From Chiloscyllium plagiosum (Eukaryota), in contig NC_057749.1 of assembly GCF_004010195.1 (NCBI RefSeq), positions 11,038,841 through 11,102,840 on the forward strand: a stretch of 64,000 nt of DNA. The letters are read 5' to 3'. Positions 23,233 to 34,964 of this stretch are shown piece by piece. The position numbers were made by a program, and so were the translations under genes. The notes beneath the pieces are model-generated. The model ran no database searches. It worked only from the letters and a program-made list of their open reading frames with translations, and was not told the origin of the DNA. Each line of letters begins with the position of its first letter. The stretch's first letter is position 1.

Positions 23233-25979
23233 TCCTCTCTTCATGCTAATATACTATCTCCAACACATGGATTCTTATCATATTAAGTAGCCTTTAGTGT
23301 AGTACTTCTGAAAATTCAAATATATTACATTCATGGCTCCCTCTTTATCTATTTCTATAATTACCTCCTCAGAGAATTCTAATAGGTTTACCAGGCATGA
23401 CTTCCCCTTTGCAAAGCTCTGCTGACTCTGCTTGATCATATTATGTACTTCTAAGTGCTGTGCTACTATCTTCTTTATGATAGACTCTAAGATTTTTCCA
23501 AGAACAGATGTTAAACTAACTGGCCTGCAGTTCCAAAAAAATTGTGGATGATGTAAATCAGCAACAAAACCAGAAATTGCTCAGCAGACCTGGCAACATC
23601 TGTGAAATCAGAGTTAATGTCTTGGGTATGAAGACCCTTCCTTAGAAGTCAGCTGCCAAACCTTCTAAGCTTTTCCAGCAATTTCACTTATATTTTTTTC
23701 TGCAGTTACCTATGTTTCTTTTCACCTCCTTCCCTTTCTAAATAAAGGGGTTTACATTGGCGGTTTTCCAAGCCTTTAGGACTTCTCCAGATATAAGGAT
23801 TCCTGGGAGTTTGTGAGCTGTGATAGCAATTTGGTCTCATGAAGAGACATTAACTAAAACGTTAGGACTGGAGCAGGAATGTTTTGCTGCAATTATACAA
23901 GTCTGGGTGAAACCATGCCTGGAAGATTATGCACAGCTTTAGTCTTCTTAACTGAGGATGTTGTTGCTATAGAGGGAGTGCAACAAAGGTTTACCAGACT
24001 GATTCCTGGGAATGCAGGTATGAGGGAGGTTGAATCAGTTAGGATTATATTTGCTGGAGTTCAAAAGAATTAAGGGGGAATTCTAACAGGATGCTTCCTA
24101 TGACAGGGGAGTACAGATCAGGGGTCACAAATATAAGGATATGAGGTAAACCATTCAGGACGAAAAGGAAGAGGAAAATTTCTTCACCAAGAGACTGGTG
24201 AGCCTGTGGAATTCGCTGCTACAGAAAGTAGTCAAGGCCAAAGTATCCTATGATTTCAGGAAGAACTTAGATATAGCACTTGGGATGAAAAGGATCAAAG
24301 CATATGAGGGAAAAGTGGAAAGGCTGTTGAGTTGTATGACCAGCAATGATCATAATGAATGGCAGAGCAGGCTTGCAAGGCTGAATGGCTTACTCCTGCC
24401 CCTATTTTCCATGTTGGACCATAAGATATAGGAACTGAACTAGGCCATTGAGCCCATTAAGTCTGCTCCACTGTTCAATAATGACCGATATGCTTCTCAA
24501 TCTTATTTTCCTGCACTCTCCCTGTAACCCTTGATCCCCTTATCAGTCAAGAACCTATCCATCTGTCTTAAATATACTCAATGCATTAGACATGACAGAC
24601 CTATGAAGAAATGAGTTACACAGATTAACCACCCTCTGGTTGAACAAATTCCTTCTCATCTCATTTGTGAAGGGTCATCCCTTCACTCTGGGGTTGTGCC
24701 CTCAGGTCCTTGTATCTCCTACTAGTGGAAACATTTTCATTTCTACTCTATCCAAGCCTCTCTATATTCTGTAAGTTTCAATCAGATCCCCCAGCATCCT
24801 AAACACCACCAAGTATAGGCCCAGTGACCTCAACTGTTCCTCAAATGACGAGCCTTCAACCCTGGGATCATTCTTGCAAACATCCTCTGGACACCCTTCA
24901 ACACCATCACATCCTTTCAGATTTAGGGCTCAAACTGCTCACAATATTCCAAATGTAGCCTGACCAGAGCTTTATACCTCAGCACTACACCTCTGCTCTT
25001 GTATTTTAGCACTCTTGAAATGAATACTAGCTTTGCATTTGCCTTCCTAATTGCCAACTGAACCTGCACATTAACCTTAATGGAATCCTGAATTAGGATT
25101 GCCAAGTCCTTTCGTGTTTCAAATTTTTGAAGCCTTTTCAGTTTATAAAATAGTCTGCGCTTCTATTTTTCCTAGCAAAGTGCATAACTCCATACATTCC
25201 TATATTGTATCCCATCTGTCACTTTTTTGCCCACTTGCCTAACCTGTCCAATTCCTTCTGCATCCTCAAAACTACCTGTTTCTCCACCCATCTTTATGTC
25301 ATCTGCAAACTTAGCAACAGTGCCCTCAGTTCCTTCATTTAGATTGTTAATGCATATTGTGAATAGTTGTGGTCCCAACACTGAACCCTGCAGAATTCCA
25401 CTGTTCACTGGCTGCCATCCTGAAAGAGATCCCTTTATTGATTCTCTCTACCACTCAGCCAATCCTCCATCCATGTCAGTATCTTGCCCCTAACACCATA
25501 GATTCTTATCTTTCTTTGCTGTTCCCTATTTTTCCCTTTCAGTTCCTCAACTCTTTCCACACAGATTCTACACTTTCTGATTCAATACCACTTCTTGCTA
25601 TTGAGTTAATTTAATTTCTTACAAACAAGGCAACTCTGCTCCATCAACCTGTCCTTTCAATATGACTTGTATTCTTGGATATTGTAGTCCCCAGTCCTGA
25701 TCCCCTTGCAACCTTATCTCTGTGATACCCAAAACATAGTACCCTCAATTTCAATCTGCGCTACAAGTTCATTTGCCTTGTTTCGTATACTGTGTGCATT
25801 TAAGTACAACATCCTCTGTCCTACACTGACTGCCAACTTTCTCATAGTTGCCTGCTTGTCTGCTGTGCCTGAAGCTAGATTCCCAAGCCTTTCCATACTC
25901 TTTGTTCAATTAAGTGTTCTGGAACCTTTAATAACTCGTGCTGAGACCTCCCCTCCTTTATCGTTTCCCATTCTTCTCC

Positions 25980-26278
25980 ACACAGTGGCTCAGTGGTTAG
26001 CACTGCAGCCTCACAGCACCAGGGACCCGAGTTTGAATCCCACCTCGGGTGACTGCCTGTGTGGTGTTTGCACATTCTCCCCGTGTTTGCATGGGTTTCC
26101 TCCGGGTGCTCTGGTTTCCTCCCACAATCCAAAGATGTGCAGGCCAGGTGAATTGGCTGTGCTAAATTGCCCATAATGTTAGATGCATTAGTCAGTGGTA
26201 AATATAGGGTAGGGGAATTGGTCTGGACGGTTCAGACGGTCGTTGTGGACTTGTTTCCATACTGTAAGTAATCTAATC
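25980..26278 (+). mobile_element. HE1-type V-SINE
   Basis: tRNA-like head, V core and taatctaatc tail. Confidence 0.9.
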
Positions 26279-27048
26279 ACACAATTGAACCCATCCTACC
26301 CCCTCACTATTTTGTTTAAAGCGCTACCACAGTCCTAAGAAAGTAATTCATCAGGAGTTTGATCCCAACATGATTCAGGTGGAGCTCATCCCATCGGAAC
26401 AGCTCCCTCTTCTCAGTACTGATGCCAATATCCCAAGAATTCAAATGAATTTCTCCCATGCCAACCTTTGAGCCATATGTTTACCACTTTAATCTTGTTG
26501 TCCCTGTGCTAATTTCCTTGTGGGTCAGATAATAATCCAGAGGTTATTATCTTTTTATTTTGCTTTTCAATTTAGCTTTTAGCTGCTCATATTCCTGCAG
26601 CTGAACATCATTCTTTTTTCTACCTGTATTACTGCTATTTATATGGAGCATAATAACTGGATTTTTCCCTTCCCAGTCCACGTTTCTCTGCAGCCCAAAT
26701 GAGATATCCTGATCTCAGGCAGCAAGCAGGGAACACAGTCTTCAGGACTCTTGATCCTGCCATGGAAGACAGTGACTAATTCCCTAACTACACCATCCCC
26801 AATTACAACTACCTTTGTTTTTCTCCCCCTCATAAATGGCTCCCTGTACAATGGTGCTACTGTCAGGTTGCTCATCCTCCCTACAGCCCCCACTCTCACC
26901 CACACAGGGAGCAAGAATCTCAACCCTGAGGCTCCTTCAGAACTTCCTTTCAGATCCTCTACCTGTCTCGCTTATAGTCATACTTTCCTAGTCTCTGAAC
27001 ATTGACTGAAATTGTTTTATTTATTCTCAGGATGAGGGCATTGCTGGT

Positions 27049-27352
27049 TAGATTAGATTAGATTAGATTACAGTGTGGAAACAGGCCCTTCGGCCCAACA
27101 AGTCCACACCGACCCGCCGAAGCGAAACCCACCCATACCCCTACATTTACCCCTTACCTAACACTACGGGCAATTTAGTATGGCCAATTCACCTGACCCT
27201 GCACGGGAGGAAACCGGAGCACCCGGAGGAAACCCACGCAGACACGGGGAGAACGTGCAAACTCCACACAGTCAGTCGCCTGAGGCGGGAATTGAACCCG
27301 GGTCTCTGGCGTTGTGAGGCAGCAGTGCTAACCACTGTGCCACCGTGCCGCC
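27049..27352 (-). mobile_element. HE1-type V-SINE, full length and CpG-rich (young), nested in the tail of a second SINE
   Basis: Begins with (ttaga)n on the plus strand and ends ...ccactgtgccaccgtgccgccc. Confidence 0.92.
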
Positions 27353-27650
27353 CATTTATTGCCCATCCCTAATTGCCAATTAGGAGCAGCTAAGAGTCAA
27401 CCGCATTTCTGTGGGTCTGGAGTCACATGCAGTCCAGACCAGGTAAGGATGGCAATTTCTCTCCCTAAAAGACATGAGTGAACCAGATGGTTTTTTCCCC
27501 CAACAATTGACAATGGTTTCATGGTCGTTTTTAGACTGCTAATTCCATATTTTTATTGAAATTAAATTCCACCATCTGTCTTGGTGGAACCTCAGTACAT
27601 TGTCTAAAATCTCTGGATTAACAGTCCCCTGATAATACCACTAGGCCATC
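27353..27650 (-). mobile_element. Second tRNA-derived SINE family (SacSINE1/DeuSINE-like)
   Basis: Reverse complement of the ccttacctggtctggcct...gtgactc...gcaattagggatg core and tail seen at 45310-45600 and 49250-49430. The family name is from memory. Confidence 0.6.
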
Positions 27651-30470
27651 AAATCCCTTAATGGGTGTGGCTGTCCCTTGAAACAAAGTGGCCAGGTAAT
27701 TCTCCCCATCCCTGTTGAGTCACAGTGTTTGAAGCTCTGAGCTGGAGCTCCTCAAGTTCCTCAAGCAACAACATTTGCTACAGATGTGATCCCTACAAAT
27801 TACAATAGGGTCTACCAGGTCCCACATTATGCAGTTACGACATATTGCCTGGTCTGGTATCTCTATTTTAATTACATACTTCTTAATTTGATTTTTAAAC
27901 ATTTTTACTGGTCTTTTACTTTGTAGCCTATAAATATTTCTCTTATTTACCTTCAATCTGAAAGCAATCTATAATACAGTCAACTTTGTAGCTGTCACCA
28001 ACCAATGAATTTACAGTTTATCTGTGATGTTGTTCTTTTTTGCTGGTCCCTGATCGTAGGTTTCAATTTATCTTGTTAAAAAAATCCTTACAACTACAGG
28101 CCCAAAGAAAAATTTAAAAAATCACTTCTCCTCTGCACCAAATTCTCATGTTGCCTCCAAATTCTCTGAAGTATACACTCACTCAGGCTGCCTCTCACTG
28201 GATGTGATCTCTCGTTCTTGACCTTGTGAAGCTTATTGATGCTCTATGTATCAAGCCAGATTTTGCTCTGGGATATAACTTGTCCAGTATGACAATCAAC
28301 TGGGTCTTGATACAATTTACCAAAGCTCCTTCAACTGTATATTATAGACTTGCAATCTGTACCATCTAGAAGCCTAAGGGCAGCAGATGCATGAGAACAT
28401 CACCACCTGCAAGTTCCCCTCCATGTTCCCCTCCAAACATATACCATCTTGAAACTATATTACTGGATCAAAATCTTAGAAATTGTCTCCTAATTTTGCA
28501 CCTACAGACCAAAGACTACACCACCCTTAGGAAGCAGCACACCACCACCCTAACAAGGGCAATATATAGCATAGCTAGCAACACCCACATCCTTTAATAA
28601 AAAGGAAATTGCTTTCAATACTTCTCAATCCAAGTGATTCATAATTTATAGAGAAACTCAGCAGATCTGGTGGCATCTGTAGACAGAAAAAACAAAGTTA
28701 ATGTTTCAAGTCCAGTAACACTGCATCCCTTCTAGGACACTTTGTCAAATGCGTTTTGAGACACAAAAACGGTGCCATTTATAGCACTCTTTTAATCGTT
28801 CCGGTCAGTTTTACAGAACATTTAGCTCACTTCGACTGGACAGTTAGTTTGCAATGCAAAGTGATGCCAACAGTGTGTGTTCAATTTAAGCACCAGCTAA
28901 GGTTACCAAAAAGGTCCATCTTTCTCAACCTCTCCCATTGCCTGAGTTGTAGTGACCCTCAGGTTAAACTACCACCAGATGTCTCTCTCTCTCGAATGAG
29001 AGAGCAGTCCTATGGTCCGGTACGACCATGGCAACTTCACAGAGTACTTTCAAAGTAGTGGATCCTGTTGGCAAGTGGAGGGAGTGGAGGGAGTGGGAGT
29101 TCCCTATCAGCTGACAGCAGCAACCAGAGCAATAGCACCACACTCGCACTACTGTACAGCAAGAAGGGTCAAAGTGCAGTAAAGCAGTAGTAATAAGGGA
29201 CTGTATAGTCAGGGGCACAGCTAGGCATTTCTGTTGCTGAAAAAGAAATTCCAGGGTAGTATATTGCCATCCTGGTGCCCAGGGTCAAAGATTTCTCTCA
29301 TGCATGCATCATTCTGAAAAGGGAGGGTATACAGCCAGAGGTCAAGGTACATTTGGGACTAATGACATGGGCAGGAATAGTGACGAGGTCCTACAAGAGG
29401 AGTTAGGTAGTAAGTTGGACCTATTGAGTTGCAATTTTGGGATTACTCCCAGTACCACATGCAAGCTAGGCTAGGGATAGAAAAATAGTAGAGTTAAATA
29501 CATGGCTAAAGAGCTCGAAAAAGCTGGAGTGGGAGGGAGGGCTTCAGATATGCAGCTCATCAGAATCTCTTCCAGAGCAGGTGGGACCTGTACAAGGAGG
29601 ATGAGTTGCATCTAAACTGGAGGGACATCAATATTCTGGGAAGAGGTTTGCTAGTTTCACTCAGGAGGGCTTAAACTATGCAGCAGGGGGCTGGGAACCA
29701 GAGCAGTAGGTCAGCAAGTAAAATGACTGAGGAGGAGTTAGAAACCAAGGCCATCAAGGCTAAGAGGGAAAACAAATGGTGACAAGTTACTGAATACGGC
29801 AGGATTGGTGGTCTAAAGTGTATTTGCTTTATCGAAAGGAGTGTCACAGGTAAGGCAAAATGAACTTAAAGCTTGGATTAGTACATATGGCTATGATGTT
29901 GTGGCTATTACAGAGACTTGGTTAAGAGAAGGACAAGACTGCTAGCTTAATGTTCGGGGGTTTAGATATTTCAGGTGAGATAGAGAGATGTAAAAGATCT
30001 GGGGGAGTTGTAATATTGATTAGGGAGAATATTGTAATGAGAGAGGACACCTTGGATGTTCATCCAGCGAGGCCATATGGGTATAGCTCAGGAACAGGAA
30101 GAGAGCAATCACTTTGATGGGGTTGTACCATGGGCCAGCAGGAAACTGAGGAACAACTATGTGGGTAGATTATGGAAAATTGTAAAAATAACAAAGTTGT
30201 TTTGGTGGGTAATTTTAACTCCCCCCATCTTGACTGGCACTCTGTTATTGCCAAAGGCTTAAATGGAGGGGAAGGAATTTGTTAGGTGCATCTTCCAGGG
30301 GGGTTTCTCGAAGCCATTGGAAAATAGTCCAACTAGAGAAGGGTCATACGAAACCTAGTATCAGGGAATGGCCCCAGTCACATAGAGTCATAGTCATAGA
30401 GATGTACAGCATGGAAACAGACCCTTCGGTCCAACCCGTCCACGCCGACCAGATATCCCAACCAAATCTA

Positions 30471-31032
30471 CTGGGACCTTGGGTTCATGTCACATTACAG
30501 GTGACCACCATTGCACTACACACGCACACAGACACTCCTACACACACAGACACACACACTCCCACACTCACACAGGCATCCTCTCAGAGACTTAGACCAC
30601 TCTACACTCATGCACACACTTTTTAGATTAGAATCAATCTAAACATCATAGCATAGACAGAGAACACAGGGGGCTAACACCTCCAACATATTGTCTAGCT
30701 AACATCAATTGTTACAGCTAACCTAAGAATGCAACTTTTTTAAAAAAGGTTTTGTGATTTACACATGAAAGAAGTGAAACTATCATGGTATTCAAACAGA
30801 TGAAAGACTCAACAGACAATCAAGGTATTTTTCATTGTATAGTTTCAGTTACATCACACTGTGAACTTTTGCTATAAATTCTGTGCCTTACAATTGTGTC
30901 CTCCACTACCACCTGATGAAGGAGCGGCGCTCCGAAAGCTAGTGTGCTTCCAATTAAACCTGTTGGACTATAACCTGGTGTTGTGTGATTTTTAACTTTG
31001 TACACCCCAGTCCAACACCGGCATCTCCAAAT
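30471..31032 (+). mobile_element. Penelope-like element 3' end (CA-rich UTR) with hammerhead
   Basis: DLGFMSHY (end of the endonuclease ORF), a (CA)-rich tract at ~30515-30620, and a terminal repeat shared with 13231-13361 and 31936-32195. Confidence 0.8.
30910..30944 (+). ncRNA. Minimal type I hammerhead ribozyme motif (intact core, AGCU stem III)
   Basis: CAC-CUGAUGA-A-GGAGC(ggc)GCUCC-GAAAGC-UA-GUG. Confidence 0.78.
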
Positions 31033-31935
31033 CAATCGAGTCCCACCTGCCAGCACCTGGCCCATATCCCTCCATCCCTCCAAACCCTTCCTATTCATAT
31101 ACCCATCCAAATGCCTCTTAAATGTTGCAATTGTACCAGCCTCCACCACTTCCTCTGGCAGCTCATTCCATACTCGTACCACCCTCTGCATGAAAAGGTT
31201 GCCCCTTAGGTCTCTTTTATATCTTTCCCCTCTCACCCTAAACTTATGCCCTCTAGTTCTGGACTCCCTGACCCCAGGGAAAAGACTTTGTCTATTTACC
31301 CTATCCATGTCCCTCTTAATTTTGTAAACCTCTATAAGGTCATCCCTCAGCCTCCGACGGTCCAGGGAAAAGAGTCCCAGCCTGATCGTGTGGGGGAGCA
31401 TTTTGGGAACAGTGACCATAATTCCAAATGTTTTAGGGATGGATAAGGATAAGAGTAGTCCTTGGGTGAAAGTAATAAACTGGGGTTAGGCTAACTACAA
31501 GAATATTAAGCTGGAGTGGTGAATGTGGATTGGGGGTTTGAGGATAAATCCACACCTGTCAAGTGGGAATCTTTTAAAAGCCAGTTCATTAGAGTTCAGG
31601 ACCAACATGTTCCTGTGAAAATGAAGTCTAAGGAACCTTGGAATGACAAGAGAATTTGACAGCTTAGTCAAAAAGAAAAAGGAGGCATACATGAGCTTTA
31701 GGAAATTGAAGACAGACAGAGCCCTTGAAGAATATAAAAAAATAGGAAAGAACTTAAGCAAGGAATTAGAAGGGCTGAAAGGGTCCATGAAATGTTCTTG
31801 GTAAACAGGATGAAGGAAAAATCTCAAGAAGTACCAAGCAAAACAGTCGGTCCATTCAAGGACAAAGGAGGTAAGCCAGAGGAAGTGGATGAAATGCTCA
31901 ATGAATACTTTGCATCCATATTCATAAAGATGAGG

Positions 31936-32195
31936 TTAAAAATCACCCAACATCAGGTTATAGTCCAACAGGTTTAATTGGAAGCACACTAGCTTCCGGA
32001 GTGACGCTCCTTCATCAGGTGATTGTGGAAGGCTTGATCGTAACACAGAATTTACGATCGAGCCCTCCACAATCACCTGATGAAGGAGCATCACTCCGGA
32101 AGCTAGTGTGCTTCCAATTAAACCTGTTGGACTATAACCTGGTGTTGCGTGATTTTTAACTTTGTATGCCCCAGTCCAACACCGGCATCTCCAAA
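31936..32195. mobile_element. 260-bp fold-back PLE derivative (109-bp arms, 8-nt loop)
   Basis: Arms at 31935-32043 / 32052-32160. TSD tcataaagatgagg at 31922-31935 / 32196-32209. Each arm has a hammerhead motif with GAAA changed to GGAA. Confidence 0.88.
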
Positions 32196-32697
32196 TCATA
32201 AAGATGAGGACATGGTGAATGTCAGGTCTCGGGAGGGGTATGTCGATATTCGAGGGCATGTTGATACAAAAAAGGTGTTAGGTATGTTGAAAAGCATTAA
32301 GGTAGAAAAGTCCCGAATTGATGGGTTCTATCCTAGAATACTAAGGAAAGTAAGGCAGGAAGTTTCTGGGGCCTTGTATGAAATCTTTGTATTCTCTTTA
32401 TAGGCGAGGTTCTAGAGGACTGAAGAATAGCCAATATTGTTCCTTTGTTTAAGAAGGGCACCAGGGATAATTCAGGAAATTACAGGTTGGTGAGCCTTAT
32501 GACAGTGGCAGGGAAATATTGGAGAAGATTCTTAGGGACAGGATTTACCAAAATTTATAAAAACATAGACTTAGTAGTGATAAGAAGCATGACCTTGTGT
32601 GGGGGAAGTCATATCTTACAAACTTAATTAGTTTTTTAAGGAAGTGACAATGATTGTTGAGGGCAGTAGATGTTGTCTGCATGGACTTTAGTAAGGC

Positions 32698-33255
32698 GTT
32701 GTGGTTCTGTTCGCCGAGCTGGGAATTTGTGTTGCAGACGTTTCGTCCCCTGTCTAGGTAACATCCTCAGTGCTTGGGAGCCTCCTGTGAAGCGCTTCTG
32801 TGATCTTTCCTCCGGCACTTGTAGTTGTTTGAATCTGCCGCTTCCGGTTGTCAGTTCCAGCTGTCCGCTGCAGTGGCTAGTATATTGGGTCCAGGTCGAT
32901 GTACTTGTTGAGTGAATTAGTGGATGATTACTATTATAGGACAAGCCAAACAGAGAACAGCCAGGGAATTCCTAGAGGCATGGCACTCATCCACTGATTC
33001 AATCAACAAGCACATCGACCTGGACCCAATATACCGACCACTGCAACGGACAGCTGGAACTGACAACCGGAAGCGGCAGATTCAAACCACTACAAATGCC
33101 GGAGGAAAGATCACAGAAGTGCTTCACAGGAGGCTCCCAAGCACCGAGGGTGTCACCTAGACAGGGGACGAAACGGCTGCAACACAAATTCCCAGCTCGG
33201 TGAACAGAACCACAACAACGAGCACCCAAGCTACAAATCTTCGCACAAACTTTGA
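32698..33255. mobile_element. 558-bp fold-back PLE derivative (~230-bp arms) inserted in the CR1 MDFSKAFD codons
   Basis: 13-bp TSD actttagtaaggc (32685-32697 / 33256-33268). Arms at 32698-32927 / 32987-33216. Encodes a REFLEAWHS endonuclease tail. Confidence 0.9.
32734..32773 (-). ncRNA. Minimal type I hammerhead ribozyme motif (intact core)
   Basis: GCA-CUGAGGA-U-GUUACC(uagaca)GGGGAC-GAAAC-GUC-UGC, with one mismatch in stem II. The mirror copy at 33141-33180 has three core substitutions. Confidence 0.8.
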
Positions 33256-33365
33256 ACTTTAGTAAGGCCTTTGATAAGATCCTTTCTGGTAGGCTGATAT
33301 AGAAACTAAGTAACATGGAATCTGTAGTGAGCTGGTAAGATGAATACAGAACTGGCTTGGTCATA

Positions 33366-34084
33366 TGTTATGAAGTTGTAGGTATACTGTACCTTTAAGA
33401 GAGTTGAAAGGCTGGCAAGGACTTAGCAAGAACACAGAATACTGAAAAATATAAAATGTAACATTTGGTCGACCAGCTACAATAGAAAAGAAACAAATTC
33501 AAATTCGGCCAATCAGTTTAAATTATGCCCCAAGATACCAAGCTCCAGGCAAGTTTGAATTTAGTATTTTGACAATATTAAAACAAATGAAACAATCCAA
33601 TGTTTCAGGGTATAAATATCAGACATTTTGAACAGTTAGTCAGAGCGGCAAAGAGCAGTCAGCACCAACAAGTACAGATTGCCAGCAGAACTGCTCTCCA
33701 AGAGGTTTCTTTATCTATCACAGACTTGTGAAGCAGAAGCACTAAGAAGCAGAAAAGGAGACAGAAAAATTTACAGAGGAAACTCGGCAAAGCTAACCGG
33801 TTTTGAAATGTGATTTTTTTCTGTAAATCTTAATTGGGATTTTTTTATTGGACTAGTATTGTAGAGGGGTAGGTAAAAGATAGGTTTAAGAGAAAGGAGT
33901 TGTAAATAGTTGTTGGTTAATATTCTCTGTTAGACTTAAAGAATAAAGTTGTTAATTTTTACTTTAAATAGGGACTTTTGGGATAGTTCTTTGCCTCTCA
34001 AATTTTAACAGATTAAAGCACAGGGTGAATCTTTTTTCTGTTGCTGGTTTAAATTAGCAGAGGGGTTTACCCCGTGTCACAACA
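33366..34084 (+). mobile_element. Solo LTR (719 bp)
   Basis: TGTTATGA...TCACAACA termini and a perfect 4-bp TSD cata (33362-33365 / 34085-34088). TATAAAT near 33611 and AATAAA near 33942. The host CR1 rejoins across it. Confidence 0.9.
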
Positions 34085-34964
34085 CATAGAAAACAGAGAT
34101 TAGCGGTGGCAAGATATTTTCTGACTGAGGTTTTGTGTTCTGCAGAGTTCAATGCTGGGACCCCTCTTTGTAATGTATTTATATAAATGATCTAGAGGAC
34201 AATGCGGGTGAACTGATTATAAGTTTAAAGCCAACATAAAGATTGGGGGAGCTGCAGATAGTGGAAAGGATTGACAGGATATAGCAGAATAGACTAGAGA
34301 CTTGGGCAGAGAAATGGCAGGTGGAATTTAATCCAGACAAATGTAAGGTGATGCATTTTGGAGTACCTAATGCAGTAAACGGCAGAACTTGTAGAAGTAT
34401 TAATATACAGAGAGACTTAGGCTTACATGTCCACAGATACCTGGAAGTGGCAACACAAGTTGCTAAGGGGGTCACAAAGGCGAATGACATGCTTGCCTTC
34501 GTTGGTCAGGGCATAGAGTACAAAAATAGACAAGTCACGTTCAGAATTCTGTATCAAATTTTGATTGCCACACTACCAGAACAATGTGGAAGTTTTGGAG
34601 ACAGTACAGAAATTGTTTACCAGGAATGTTGCCTGGTTTGGTGGGTATTAGCTATGAGGAGAGATCGGACAAACTTGGCTTGTCTTTACTTGAATGTCAG
34701 AGACTGAGGGCAACCTGATAGAATTTCACAAAATTATGAGAGGCAAAGATAGAATGGATAGTCAGAGTCCTTTTTTCCCCAAGGGTAGAAATGTCAATTA
34801 CGAGGGCACATAGGTTTAAGGTGAAAGGGCGAACATTTAAAGCAGATATGAGAAGCAAGATTTTTTATACAGTGGTGGTAGGTGTCTGGAATCTGCCGCG
34901 AGAGGAGGTGGTAGAAGCAGATACAATAGAAATGTTTAGTAACTATCTTGACAGAGTAGACAAG

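Larger units (their letters stand above)
24415..27900 (-). mobile_element. Decayed CR1 LINE with internal deletion; ORF1 zinc finger and esterase remnants
   Basis: CRNC...HICSKC at 27720-27900, VVVIGDGVVR at ~26800, LYLNAHSI at ~25800, and QGSVLGPQLF and FADD at 25172-25408. Confidence 0.85.
30378..31384 (-). mobile_element. CR1 3' end, itself interrupted by a PLE
   Basis: RRLRDDLIEVYK...RVVRVWNELP on the minus strand and a (catagagt) tail at 30380-30402. Confidence 0.85.
29050..34950 (+). mobile_element. Decayed CR1 LINE split by at least five nested insertions
   Basis: Esterase ORF1 remnants (~29190-29680), then APE and RT remnants that resume collinearly after each insertion. Confidence 0.85.

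Noticed and set aside
30515..30620. (CA)-rich microsatellite as an independent feature
   Set aside because: It lies within the PLE 3' region and is part of that element.
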